This document shows positions 36,995 through 46,913 of a stretch of 64,000 nucleotides of DNA, piece by piece. A program made the position numbers and the translations under genes. A model generated the notes under the pieces. That model was given only the letters and a program-made list of their open reading frames with translations, was not told the origin of the DNA and made no database searches. The stretch spans positions 1 through 64,000 of the forward strand of contig JBBCAX010000121.1 of the NCBI GenBank assembly GCA_051382335.1. Reading direction: 5' to 3'. Positions within the stretch are counted from its first letter, which is position 1; every line of letters begins with the position of its first letter. Source of the stretch: Deltaproteobacteria bacterium TL4. GTDB taxonomy: Bacteria; SAR324; NAC60-12.

Positions 36995-39916
36995 TTAAGC
37001 CTGTTTTTTGATGAGAAATCTCGATAATTCGCCAATCCAAAGAACGACGGACGAAGTGAGTGTTATGAGCCCCCAGTCCGTTAGGGATAAAGGAATCGTT
37101 CGAAACATGCTTCCGCCCAACTGGACGATTAAGACCTGCCCCACAAAGATCACAGCGGCAATCAGCAGAAAGGCCTTATTTTCAAGAATTCCGGAAAAAG
37201 CGGAATGGTTTTGTCCCAAACACTTGGCATTAAACAGATTCCAAAATTGAAGCAGGACAAACAGGGTAAAAAACACAGACAATTCATAATCATCGACCTG
37301 GCCATCTTTTTGGAAATAGAAGAGTAAGCCCACAAAAAAGACCAGAAATCCCAAGGCGGTGATCCCAATCTGTTTAGCCATGGTGAGCGTAATGATGAAA
37401 TCGTCAGGGTTTCTGGGGGGGCGATCCATCACATTTTGGTGCGGAGGTTCCGTGGCCAAAGCCAGGGCCGCAAAGGTATCCATAATGAGATTAACCCAAA
37501 GCATCTGAATTACCGTTAAAGGCAGTTTGACCCCAATAAAAGGCCCCATCAGCGCGATTCCCAAGGCGGCCACATTGATGGTTAACTGAAACAGCACAAA
37601 GCGTTGAATGTTTTCATAAAGGGAACGTCCCCACATCACCGCGTTCACAATACTGGCAAAGGAATCATCCAGCAGAATGATATCACTGGCTTCCTTGGCG
37701 ACAGCGGTTCCTGTTTTACCCATGGCCAAGCCCACATTCGCATGATTCAGGGCCGGAGCGTCATTGGTTCCATCTCCGGTAACCGCCACAACGTGATTTT
37801 CTTGCTGAAGCAACCGAACCAAACGTAACTTGTCTAGCGGACGCGCTCGGGCCAGGACTTTCATTTTAAGTACCGCTTTTCGCGCTTGATTGTCATCCAT
37901 GGCGCCAAATTCTGTGCCGGTCAAATAACATTCCGGAGGATCTTCAGGTTTTCCCAGGCCAATTTGACGGGCAATTTCTTTTGCGGTTTCCGCAATATCG
38001 CCTGTGACAATTTTGACCATAATTCCCGCATGTTGGCAAGATTGAATGGCTCCCGGCACTTCTGCCCGGACAGGATCCGCAATCGCTACAAAGCCCAGCC
38101 AAACCAGATCATGAGCCACGGTTTCCAAGGTTTCGTCTTCAGGAGGAACCGCCTCATTTTTATAAGCAAACGCCAAAGTCCGCATTCCTCTGGATTGATA
38201 GTTTTTGAGCATCTGTAGCAAATCTTTTTGAAAGGCAGCAATCGGTTGAACCCCCTGGTCCGTCAAAATAGTGTCGCAGAGATCCATGACGATTTCAGGC
38301 GCCCCTTTGATATGAAGTACGTTTTTTTGAAAGATTGAAGACTTCCCCAAGGTCCCCATGTACTTTCTTTCGGTAGAAAAAGTCCATTGTTGAAGAATGG
38401 AAAAACGGTTTCGGTGCTGTTCATAGTCAATACGTTGTTGTTCCAACCATAAGAGCAGAGAACCTTCTGTAGGATTGCCCAAGGCAAGAGTCGCTTCACC
38501 TTCTGTTCGGCTTAGATTAGCCGATGTGTTGCAACAAATCGCCTCACAAATGAGCTGTTCTGGTGGCGAAGAAGTTTCTGCGGTGAGGACTTGCTTCGAA
38601 AAACAGGGAAAATGCGTTTCATGCACTTGCATTTCATTTTGAGTTAAGGTTCCTGTTTTATCAGAACAAATAACGGTGGCGGCTCCAATGGTTTCACAAG
38701 CATGAAGGTGACGAACCAAATTATTTGAGGCCGTCATTTTACGCATACTGTAGGCCAGGCTCAGGGTGACGCTCATCGCCAGGCCTTCCGGAACCGCGAC
38801 CACGATGATGGTTACAGAAATCATGAAGTATTTCAAAAACTCCGTACCTACGTGGGGCGGCAGCCAATCTTGAGGCACTGAAGGAACTAAGCCCAAACCA
38901 TAACCTGCGGCTAGAGCTCCTATGAAAACGACTCCGCCTCCCAAAAGGCTTTTGAGCCATCCTTGCCAGGTATCATTCTCAAGCCAGGAAGGGGGTTGTG
39001 CCGATTTTCCCGCCAGCTCAACGCCATCATAAACGATGGGAAGCCACACACGGATAATAGCGAGCAAAATGCTGACTGTCAGAATGCCTGTAAACGTCCA
39101 TTGTTGCAGGGTTAAAATCAATTCTCCCAGGAGTACTCCCTGAAAGACCAAGGCCACGTAGATCAACGCCGCTACAGAAAATCCAATCACTCCGATGATT
39201 TGGCTAAGTTTATTAAGTTGTTTATCCAGTGGAGTCGGTTCATCTGTCTCTTCTGAGGCAGCCCGGGCCGCCGTCCCGATCTCGGAAGCGTCCCCTACCG
39301 CCGTGACTTGGATCATGGCATGTCCATCTTTCACAATGGTACCCCGAAGGACTTTGTTTTGAGGATAGGCGGTTTCGTGACGGACAGAGGTTGAGATCTC
39401 TGAAACGGGCATTTTGTGAACCGGAAGCGATTCTCCCGTCAAACGGGACTCATCCACTTGCAGCGAAACGGCTTCCTGAACCTCTCCATCCCCAGGAATC
39501 TCCTCACCAGCCTCAATCAGCAATAGGTCCGCAACCACCAGATCTTTGCGGGGGATGTTCAGGTAACGTGCCTCCCTGATCACCTTAATGGGAACTTCAT
39601 CATTGACTTGATTCAAAATATCAAACTCGCGGCCGGCTTTGAATTCATTTAAAAACGCCAACGCTGTCGCCAACGCAATGGCAACCACGATCCCCAAGCC
39701 CTCCACGTAATGTCCATCAAGGATTCCAACACCAATCGCCATGAAGGCGGCAATCAATAAAATGCGGATTACCGGATCATCAAATTTTTCCAAATACAAC
39801 TTCCACCAGGGTTCCCGTTCGGGTGGCGTTAATACATTAGCGCCATGTTTTTGACGACTGGCCTCTACCTCAACTGGGGAGAGTCCTTGATGGTTCTTGA
39901 CTGTCTGTGGATTCAT
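36995..39916 (-). CDS. Calcium-translocating P-type ATPase (PMCA-like, P2B)
   Basis: LTGES, VVAVPEGL, CSDKTGTLT, KGAPE, VTGD, TGDGTNDAPAL, QMLWVNLIMDT. Confidence 0.95.
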   Translation of the reverse strand: MNPQTVKNHQGLSPVEVEASRQKHGANVLTPPEREPWWKLYLEKFDDPVIRILLIAAFMAIGVGILDGHYVEGLGIVVAIALATALAFLNEFKAGREFDILNQVNDEVPIKVIREARYLNIPRKDLVVADLLLIEAGEEIPGDGEVQEAVSLQVDESRLTGESLPVHKMPVSEISTSVRHETAYPQNKVLRGTIVKDGHAMIQVTAVGDASEIGTAARAASEETDEPTPLDKQLNKLSQIIGVIGFSVAALIYVALVFQGVLLGELILTLQQWTFTGILTVSILLAIIRVWLPIVYDGVELAGKSAQPPSWLENDTWQGWLKSLLGGGVVFIGALAAGYGLGLVPSVPQDWLPPHVGTEFLKYFMISVTIIVVAVPEGLAMSVTLSLAYSMRKMTASNNLVRHLHACETIGAATVICSDKTGTLTQNEMQVHETHFPCFSKQVLTAETSSPPEQLICEAICCNTSANLSRTEGEATLALGNPTEGSLLLWLEQQRIDYEQHRNRFSILQQWTFSTERKYMGTLGKSSIFQKNVLHIKGAPEIVMDLCDTILTDQGVQPIAAFQKDLLQMLKNYQSRGMRTLAFAYKNEAVPPEDETLETVAHDLVWLGFVAIADPVRAEVPGAIQSCQHAGIMVKIVTGDIAETAKEIARQIGLGKPEDPPECYLTGTEFGAMDDNQARKAVLKMKVLARARPLDKLRLVRLLQQENHVVAVTGDGTNDAPALNHANVGLAMGKTGTAVAKEASDIILLDDSFASIVNAVMWGRSLYENIQRFVLFQLTINVAALGIALMGPFIGVKLPLTVIQMLWVNLIMDTFAALALATEPPHQNVMDRPPRNPDDFIITLTMAKQIGITALGFLVFFVGLLFYFQKDGQVDDYELSVFFTLFVLLQFWNLFNAKCLGQNHSAFSGILENKAFLLIAAVIFVGQVLIVQLGGSMFRTIPLSLTDWGLITLTSSVVLWIGELSRFLIKKQA

Positions 39917-40067
39917 GTCTTCCTTTAATTTAAGAGTATAAATTCAAGTCTTAAAATTGAATTTTTTTTCAGCGTTGCTAACCCTTTTGTTTTGCAGTTT
40001 TCATACATTTTGCTCCAATGACGCAAAATTATTAATTTAATAGTGACTGAAAACAGAATCAGGCCTA

Positions 40068-40257
40068 TGGATGTTCATTTAAATATATTCAGAAAACTCA
40101 TCCTGTTGCGAGATCCGTTTAAACAACGCTGTTTCAGGAGTACCAAAGCTGGCTTTGGCCAGAAAGGCGAAGGCCTTGCTTTGGCTTTGGCCAAAGCCAG
40201 CTTTGGCACTCTACAGTCTAGGTCAGACTCAAAGGACTTTATTTAAATGAACGTCTA
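40068..40257. mobile_element. IS630-like MITE (TA-flanked) containing REP doublet family F
   Basis: TIRs TGGATGTTCATTTAAATA / TATTTAAATGAACGTCTA (16/18), flanked by TA. Internal doublet at 40137-40214 ends GGCACTCTAC. Confidence 0.72.
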
Positions 40258-40394
40258 TAGTAAAAGGTTGTAAGTCCTTATTTACCTTACACCCTTGCAG
40301 ATATAACTCAGTCAGTTAACAATTTCAATGTATATCCGCAGTAAAATGGTGAGCACGCAATTCTTCGGGTAACTTCAATTAGGGAGACAACATC

Positions 40395-41459
40395 GTGGCT
40401 AGATTTCACAAGAAGCAAGAAATAAATCAAGGTCTGGCGCCCGGGTCATTGGTTTTTATTGGAGAAAAGCAAGTCAAGGATATCCGGATCCGCGTCCTTG
40501 ATTACGATGAGATGGAGTTAAGGGAAAATTTTCTGAACAATGTTGGGGACGCTGTCACCTTTTTAAAAACAGATACGGTTACCTGGATCAATATCTATGG
40601 ACTTCATGACATCAACATCATCAAGGAAATGGGGGATGCCTTTGATCTGCATCCACTTTTGTTGGAAGATATTTTGAATACCGGGCAACGTCCAAAACTT
40701 GAAGAATTCAATAATTACGTGTTTATTACGCTTAAAATGCTCCGTTATGATCAAGACACAGAAATGATTATTGCGGATCAATTAAGCATGGTTCTGAGCA
40801 ATACGTTTTTGCTGACATTTCAGGAAAAACCCGCAGATGTCTTTGAACCGGTTCGGGAAAGAATCAGAAAAAGTCGAGGCAGAATCAGAAATTCCCATAC
40901 CGATTATCTGGCATATGCCTTGTTGGATACAGTGGTCGACAATTATATCTACATCATTGAAAAAATAGGAAATCAGATAGAGGATCTTGAGGATGAAGTT
41001 CTTAATAAACCTGATGTTGGGGTGATGCATAAAATAAATAATTTAAAAATGGAAATGCATTTTTTACGCAAATCCATACGACCTGCCAGAGAAGCCATAC
41101 TGAAACTCTCGAAATTGGATAGCGATCTTGTTCATGAACAGACACAGCCCTTTCTTAAAGACCTTCAGGATCTTGTTTCACAGGCGACAGAGTCCATTGA
41201 TACTTACAGGGATATGTTATCCGATCAGTTGAATCTTTATAACTCTGCCATCAGCAACCACATGAATGATGTTATGAAGGTGCTGACTATTTTTGCGGCA
41301 ATATTCATTCCTTTGACCTTTATCACAGGGGTCTATGGAACCAACTTTGAGTACCTCCCTGAGCTCAAATACAAATACGGCTATTTTATTTTTTGGGGAG
41401 TGCTTATTTTCGTAGGTAGCACGATGGTCGCTTTTTTTAAACGAAAAGGTTGGTTATGA
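40395..41459 (+). CDS. corA: Magnesium/cobalt transporter CorA
   Basis: LHPLLLEDI...QRPK, LTFQE, MKVLT, FIPLTFITGVYGTNF (GxN), PEL. Confidence 0.92.
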   Translation: MARFHKKQEINQGLAPGSLVFIGEKQVKDIRIRVLDYDEMELRENFLNNVGDAVTFLKTDTVTWINIYGLHDINIIKEMGDAFDLHPLLLEDILNTGQRPKLEEFNNYVFITLKMLRYDQDTEMIIADQLSMVLSNTFLLTFQEKPADVFEPVRERIRKSRGRIRNSHTDYLAYALLDTVVDNYIYIIEKIGNQIEDLEDEVLNKPDVGVMHKINNLKMEMHFLRKSIRPAREAILKLSKLDSDLVHEQTQPFLKDLQDLVSQATESIDTYRDMLSDQLNLYNSAISNHMNDVMKVLTIFAAIFIPLTFITGVYGTNFEYLPELKYKYGYFIFWGVLIFVGSTMVAFFKRKGWL

Positions 41460-41517
41460 AGGATCGGTTGATGGTAACCAATGTTGTTAGTTTGGCAAAA
41501 ATTTTTATAGGAGCATC

Positions 41518-42594
41518 ATGAGCATGAAATTCATGTATTTATTCGGAATTATTTCTGTGGTTGGGATCATCGTTTTCATTTCTTCACTAAGGGCAGAAGA
41601 GCCTTTGGTTGTTGGCGTTAACCCCGCCCCCCCTTTTGTGATAGTCGAACCTGGAACTAATAAACTGAGTGGTTTTTCCATCGACTTGATTGAAGCCATC
41701 GCGCAAACCTTAACTCCCCCCCGCAACATTCGCTATGACCTCTCTCCGGATTTACTGACCCATCTGGAAAGCCTTCGAGCCCAAAAAGTGGATCTGGGAA
41801 TTGCGGCAACGACCATTACCCCTAAAAGAGAGGAAATTTATGATTTTTCCCATGCTTTTTTCCAAGGAAACCTGGCCGTTTTAACCAAAGCTGAAGGCGA
41901 TTGGAAAAACGCATTGCGTATGCTGTTTTCCCCAAAGTTACTGGAGTTGTTACTCTCCCTTTTTATTTATCTCCTTATATGCGCTCACTTGATCTGGTTT
42001 TTGGAACGCGAGAATTCCACCTTTAATAAAAAATGGCTTCCTGGAATCATGGAAGGCATTTGGTGGACTGTCGTGACGATGTCTACGGTAGGATATGGGG
42101 ATTTCGTCCCCAAAAAAACAATCAGCCGAATTTTAGGGATTTTTATCATTTTTACGGGAATCATTTTTTTTGGTATCGCGATTGCGGGCATGACCTCACT
42201 ATTCACCGTCTATCAAATGAATTCACGGATTGAAGGAATTAGTAGCTTACCAGGACGCAAAGTTGGTGTCATTAAAGGAACCCTCGGCGCGAAGTCCGCT
42301 GAAAAAAGAAAAACCATAGTCTCGACTTTTGAATCTATGGACACGGCAATGGAGGCCCTGAAGGAAAATAAAATTGAGGCCATCCTTCATGATATGCCGC
42401 TAATTCGCTATTATATCAAGGATGCGGGAGATCAGTTTGTTCTCATTGACAGAGGTTTTGCCGTCACAGGTTATGGCATCACCTTTCCCTCAGGAAGCCC
42501 CTTGAGAGAAAGTGTCAATATCGCCTTACTGACTCTGATGAACAGTGGACAGTACGAGACTTTGAAGCAAAAATGGTTCGGGCATTTAAACTGA
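41518..42594 (+). CDS. GluR0-like ligand-gated potassium channel (split substrate-binding domain + K+ pore)
   Basis: S1 (PPFV, GFSIDL, TITPKRE..DFS), TM1, WWTVVTMSTVGYGD filter, TM2, S2 (GT, YGI.F..GSPLRE.VN.ALL). Confidence 0.88.
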   Translation: MSMKFMYLFGIISVVGIIVFISSLRAEEPLVVGVNPAPPFVIVEPGTNKLSGFSIDLIEAIAQTLTPPRNIRYDLSPDLLTHLESLRAQKVDLGIAATTITPKREEIYDFSHAFFQGNLAVLTKAEGDWKNALRMLFSPKLLELLLSLFIYLLICAHLIWFLERENSTFNKKWLPGIMEGIWWTVVTMSTVGYGDFVPKKTISRILGIFIIFTGIIFFGIAIAGMTSLFTVYQMNSRIEGISSLPGRKVGVIKGTLGAKSAEKRKTIVSTFESMDTAMEALKENKIEAILHDMPLIRYYIKDAGDQFVLIDRGFAVTGYGITFPSGSPLRESVNIALLTLMNSGQYETLKQKWFGHLN

Positions 42595-42796
42595 GTAGGG
42601 GATTTTCCAAATGACGCATTCATCATGACTTCTCTTTGCATTTCCTTTTTAATGGTGTATGCATAAGCTCAAATCCGTGAAGTTTTTTTTAGCGTAATCC
42701 GTGAACTCTTACAGACAAACTCATCACCGGTAGGATACGATTAGAAATTGTTGGTCACTTTCTAAATAAAATACTTTCTTTCATCAATGCGAAACT

Positions 42797-43021
42797 ATGA
42801 TTGAGCGAAGAAACCCTGAAAATCTTCTACTTCGTCGGCAATGTGAAGAAATTGAGAATTATATTATGCAGTTTCCGAAAGCAGAGAGGGAACGTCGAAT
42901 GTTGGAATGGATTGAAAACTACGCCTGTAGTTATCGGGAAAATATGGAAACAATTATGTCGTTTGTTGAGCGAAATCTAAAGCATCAGCAGAAAAAACGT
43001 AAATCTAGCATAAAAGGATAA
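42797..43021 (+). CDS. Small hypothetical protein
   Basis: 74-aa ORF ending 4 nt before the next gene; Q..EI...EWI..YA..YR pattern. Confidence 0.6.
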   Translation: MIERRNPENLLLRRQCEEIENYIMQFPKAERERRMLEWIENYACSYRENMETIMSFVERNLKHQQKKRKSSIKG

Positions 43022-43025
43022 GATC

Positions 43026-44048
43026 ATGAACACCACCCCACTATTGGGCCCCCTATTGATTACAGGGGCCAACGGTTTTATTGGAAGATATTTGATAAAA
43101 CGCCTGGTTTCTGAAAATCATCAAGTTCGAGCATTAGTCCTTCCGGGAGAAATCACAGATCCAACCTGGAATCGTCAAGTGGAAATTTACCGTGGAGATA
43201 TCACGCAACCCGAGACCCTGGGACCTGCGTTTGAAGGGGTCCAGACGGTATTTCATTTAGCGAGTGTAGTGACTGATTGGGGAAAGGAATCTTTGTTTCA
43301 GGCCGTGACCGTTGAAGGAACACGAAACATCATGAACCGGTCAGCGGAGGTGCAGGCACGAGTGGTCCTCATTTCAAGCTTTGTGGTTTATGGAGACGCA
43401 CTGCTATTGGACCTCTGTACAGAGGACCACCCTTATGGAAAGCCGTTAGGCCCTTATAGTCGAAGTAAACAACAACAAGAACAGGTAGCCTTGGAAATTG
43501 CAGACAAACGGAAGGTCGCACTCAGCATTATTCGACCAACCAATGTCTTTGGTCCCGGCAGTTTATTGTGGGTTGATGAAGTCGTAAAACAACTTCAATG
43601 GGGGGTTCCTGTACTTGTTGGCTTCAAAGCTAAAAATGCGGGATTATGTTATGTAGACCATGTGGTTGATATTATGATACGGGCGGCTTCGATGCCTATT
43701 GCGGTGGGACGAATCTATAATGCCAGTGATGGTTCGGAGATCACCTGGAAACGCTACTTTTCTGACCTGGCAAAGCTCTCAGGAGCCCCCCGTCCCAAGT
43801 TTATTCCTTGGCATATGGCCAAACTCAGCGCTGAAGCTTGTGAAAAAATATGGAATGTGCTTGAGTTAAAACAGCGTCCGCCCTTAACACTGGAAGCCCT
43901 GAATCTGGTGGGATCGAATCATCGGGTTCCCATCACCAGGGCTTTGGAAGAATTGGATTACAAGCCGCTGAATACCTACCGGGAAAGCATGCAGGATGTG
44001 GGACAATATATACAAGAGAAAGGTCTGAATAAAAAGAGAAAACGCTAA
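43026..44048 (+). CDS. NAD-dependent epimerase/dehydratase (extended SDR, 3-beta-HSD-like)
   Basis: ITGANGFIG, GDI, VFHLA, YSRSK, RPTNVFGPG. Confidence 0.9.
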   Translation: MNTTPLLGPLLITGANGFIGRYLIKRLVSENHQVRALVLPGEITDPTWNRQVEIYRGDITQPETLGPAFEGVQTVFHLASVVTDWGKESLFQAVTVEGTRNIMNRSAEVQARVVLISSFVVYGDALLLDLCTEDHPYGKPLGPYSRSKQQQEQVALEIADKRKVALSIIRPTNVFGPGSLLWVDEVVKQLQWGVPVLVGFKAKNAGLCYVDHVVDIMIRAASMPIAVGRIYNASDGSEITWKRYFSDLAKLSGAPRPKFIPWHMAKLSAEACEKIWNVLELKQRPPLTLEALNLVGSNHRVPITRALEELDYKPLNTYRESMQDVGQYIQEKGLNKKRKR

Positions 44049-44055
44049 GGACACG

Positions 44056-44168
44056 CTAGGAGACTGTCCGAGAATAGAAGTTGAGCCTAAGGAAGGTGCC
44101 GCTTAAGCGAAGCGAGCGCACCAAAAATAAGGGGACAGCAAGCTTTCTGGTGTGCTCGCTTCGCTTAG
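44056..44168. repeat. IS-end-like motif (CTAGGAGACTGTCCGAGAAT) followed by REP doublet family B in inverted orientation
   Basis: GGTGCCGCTTAAGCGAAGCGAGCGCACC-spacer-GGTGTGCTCGCTTCGCTTA. The spacer resembles the reverse complement of 8038-8062. Confidence 0.75.
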
Positions 44169-44336
44169 GAATGCTAAAAATATAACATAGGAACTTTCCA
44201 TTTTTTATCAATGACGTTATCATTCCTCAATTTACCCTAAATGTAGGGTAATGATGCGGCAATTTTATGATACCGAGATCGAAGATTTTATGAAAGCGAC
44301 TTATAACTGTTCGCAAGGTCAACTTGATTACCTTGT

Positions 44337-44590
44337 GTACGCCCAAGGAGTGTGATCTGATGGGGTAAAATAGAGGAAAGCCTCTGGCTTTCAAAGCTAT
44401 GGAACCGATCCTGTGGCACTGGCGGGAAACCAGCCAGCAAACTGCGGACAAACCGTGTTCCTAAGGTAAGGGAGACCATGACCATTTAGCGAAAGGCAAG
44501 GGCGAAAGCGAGTGATCGTCTGAAAGCCTGTCCTGAGCGTCGTCGAAGGGAAGCCCGGAGCAAATTGATGAACATCTCAAATCGGTCATG
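44337..44590 (+). mobile_element. 5' fragment (domain I) of a group II intron, IIB/chloroplast-like class; no IEP, no DV/DVI
   Basis: Starts GTACGCCC (cf. GUGYG). Contains CTGATGGGGTAAAATAGAGG, GAACCGATCCTGTGGCAC, GCGAAAGGCAAGGGCG, TCTGAAAG..AAGCCCGGAGCAAA, AATCGG, which I recognise from memory as IIB intron domain I motifs. Confidence 0.7.
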
Positions 44591-44749
44591 ATAAGTGTTA
44601 CACCAGTCGTTTATAACCTGTTGATATCCTGCGAAGGGTATCCAGTTTCTTGCTGATATTCCAGATTTTTCTTGACTTGCGCAAGAATATCCCCTTAAAT
44701 GGACGCTCAGAAGCTAATACAATTACTATCCATTGACCAGAGTGTTATC

Positions 44750-44806
44750 ATGAGTCCCGAATTGTCCACGTTGCAACTCTTATTGCTCTTATATTCAGTC
44801 CATTGA
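44750..44806 (+). CDS. Leucine attenuator leader peptide MSPELSTLQLLLLLYSVH
   Basis: 18 codons with 7 Leu, 5 of them consecutive, upstream of a terminator and leuA. Confidence 0.82.
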   Translation: MSPELSTLQLLLLLYSVH

Positions 44807-44838
44807 AGGAGAGTGCTGCAGTGCATCGTGTGATTACT

Positions 44839-44898
44839 ACTGTGGGCATTCACCCACAGTTCAAAAGCCGTGGGTGTTCCCCCCACGGCTTTTTTTTT
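44839..44898 (+). promoter_or_regulatory. Attenuator hairpins and Rho-independent terminator of the leuA leader
   Basis: AAAAGCCGTGGG-loop-CCCACGGC followed by T9 (44863-44898). Upstream hairpin ACTGTGGG..CCCACAGT; its CACCCAC can instead pair with GTGGGTG in the terminator. Confidence 0.82.
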
Positions 44899-44939
44899 AT
44901 CTTTTTTTTACTAATTCTGCCGGATTATAGGAGGAGATT

Positions 44940-46643
44940 ATGTCTCAAATGTCGATACACAAATACCGAGCTACTACCCCTGTTGACCTTTCCGATCGTC
45001 AATGGCCATCCCGAAGCATAACGCAAGCACCCATTTGGTGTAGTGTCGACCTACGTGACGGAAACCAGGCGTTAAAAGATCCCATGAGCATTTCCCAAAA
45101 ATTAGAAATGTTCCAACTTTTAGTACAAATAGGGTTTAAGGAAATTGAGATCGGCTTTCCTTCAGCATCCCAAGTCGAGTATGATTTTTTAAGGACACTT
45201 ATCGAAGATAAGTTGATTCCTGAGGATATTACCGTGCAAGTATTAACGCAGGCACGGGATCATTTGATCGAAAAAACATTTGAATCGCTGAAAGGAGTCA
45301 AAAAGGCCATTGTCCACTTGTATAACGCCACCTCCGAGTTGCAAAGGCGCGTTGTCTTCCGTATGAATAAAGCAGAAATATTAAAAATCGCGGTAGATGG
45401 CGCAAAACTACTTCAGATAGGCAAGGATGGTTTGCCAGGGACTCAAATACGCTTTGAATATTCTCCCGAAAGTTTTACGGGAACAGAAATCGATTATGCT
45501 CTTGAAGTATGTGAAGCCGTTATTGATGTGTGGAAACCGACACCAGAAAACAAAGCCATTCTGAATTTGCCCGCAACCGTCGAGATGTCAACCCCCAACA
45601 TCTATGCGGACTCGATTGAGTGGTTTTCCCGCAATATCAGTTGTCGGGACTCTGTCACTATCAGTCTCCACACTCATAATGATCGGGGAACAGGCGTCGC
45701 GGCATCGGAATTAGCGTTGATGGCAGGAGCCGATAGAGTGGAAGGAACGCTGTTTGGCAACGGTGAACGTACCGGTAATCTGGATATCACCACTATGGCG
45801 TTGAATATGTTTTCACAAGGCGTCGATCCTCACCTCGACCTTACCGATATTCAACACGTGGTTAAAATCTATGGACGTTGTACGGGAATGATTGTTCATC
45901 CGAGACACCCTTATGCCGGAGAACTCGTGTATACGGCCTTTTCAGGTTCACACCAGGATGCCATCAGTAAAGGCATGCATGCGTATGATGAAGCTAAATC
46001 AGGGATCTGGGAAGTTCCTTATTTGCCCATTGATCCACGAGATTTAGGATGTAGTTATGAAGCGATTATCCGGATTAACAGTCAATCCGGCAAAGGCGGG
46101 GTCGCCTATATCATGGAGACTGATTTTGGTTATAAATTGCCCAAGGCAATGCATCCAGACTTTGGTAAAATCATCCAAAATTATACGGATAGAACGGGCA
46201 CCGAGGCCACACCTCAACAAATACATGAGCATTTTAAGAAAGAATACTTAAATACCACTCATCCCTTTTCTTTGCAGGATTTCCAGGTTCATACTCATTC
46301 TTCACATGAAAAAGGCTCCGAAGTCCGTTCGGATATGGATGCGGAGTTGTTAGTTCAAGGCAAATCAGTTAGAATTTCGGGCAAAGGCAATGGTCCCATT
46401 GATGCGTTTGCACATGGAATTCGGGATGCTCAACTGGCACAGTTTAGATTGACGTCTTATGATGAACACGCCCTTGAAAAAGGTTCAGACTCCCATGCGG
46501 CTGCCTACATTGAAATCGAAACGGAGGATCATGAACGATATTTTGGCGTCGGTGTTGATGTTGATATCAGTGTCGCCTCAATGAAAGCGATTCTTAGTGC
46601 ATTGAACCGAGCCTATGCCAATCAAAGTTTGTCCCTCCTCTAA
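44940..46643 (+). CDS. leuA: 2-isopropylmalate synthase (LeuA type 2)
   Basis: WCSVDLRDGNQAL, FEYSPESF, SLHTHNDRG, FGNGERTGN, FSGSHQD, NSQSGKGG, GNGPIDA. Confidence 0.96.
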   Translation: MSQMSIHKYRATTPVDLSDRQWPSRSITQAPIWCSVDLRDGNQALKDPMSISQKLEMFQLLVQIGFKEIEIGFPSASQVEYDFLRTLIEDKLIPEDITVQVLTQARDHLIEKTFESLKGVKKAIVHLYNATSELQRRVVFRMNKAEILKIAVDGAKLLQIGKDGLPGTQIRFEYSPESFTGTEIDYALEVCEAVIDVWKPTPENKAILNLPATVEMSTPNIYADSIEWFSRNISCRDSVTISLHTHNDRGTGVAASELALMAGADRVEGTLFGNGERTGNLDITTMALNMFSQGVDPHLDLTDIQHVVKIYGRCTGMIVHPRHPYAGELVYTAFSGSHQDAISKGMHAYDEAKSGIWEVPYLPIDPRDLGCSYEAIIRINSQSGKGGVAYIMETDFGYKLPKAMHPDFGKIIQNYTDRTGTEATPQQIHEHFKKEYLNTTHPFSLQDFQVHTHSSHEKGSEVRSDMDAELLVQGKSVRISGKGNGPIDAFAHGIRDAQLAQFRLTSYDEHALEKGSDSHAAAYIEIETEDHERYFGVGVDVDISVASMKAILSALNRAYANQSLSLL

Positions 46644-46690
46644 GGAAAATGTTTCCGTAAAAACTGTACGGGTTTGAGAACATGACTTTC

Positions 46691-46724
46691 AGGGGCAAGG
46701 TAAGGAACACAACCCTTGCCCCTT
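46691..46724 (+). terminator. Hairpin downstream of leuA
   Basis: AGGGGCAAGG ... CCTTGCCCCT followed by a pyrimidine tract. Confidence 0.5.
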
Positions 46725-46913
46725 CTCCTCTTCCCTCCCTCACTTTAAAAAAGTTTTAAAAATAATCATTTCAATATTGTAAAACAGTAGCGTTTACTGA
46801 TAATTAGGTATTAGGACACTCATTGTTTGGAGCAGAAAAAACTCAACCTTCAAATAAGCATTGATCTCTGGACTCACCCGAACTTGTGGCAGCATTATTG
46901 GTAAAGGCGAATT

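Noticed and set aside
44290..44620. Integron attC site around the intron fragment
   Set aside because: The TTATAAC motifs do not form a proper RYYYAAC...GTTRRRY pair, and there is no integrase or cassette array.
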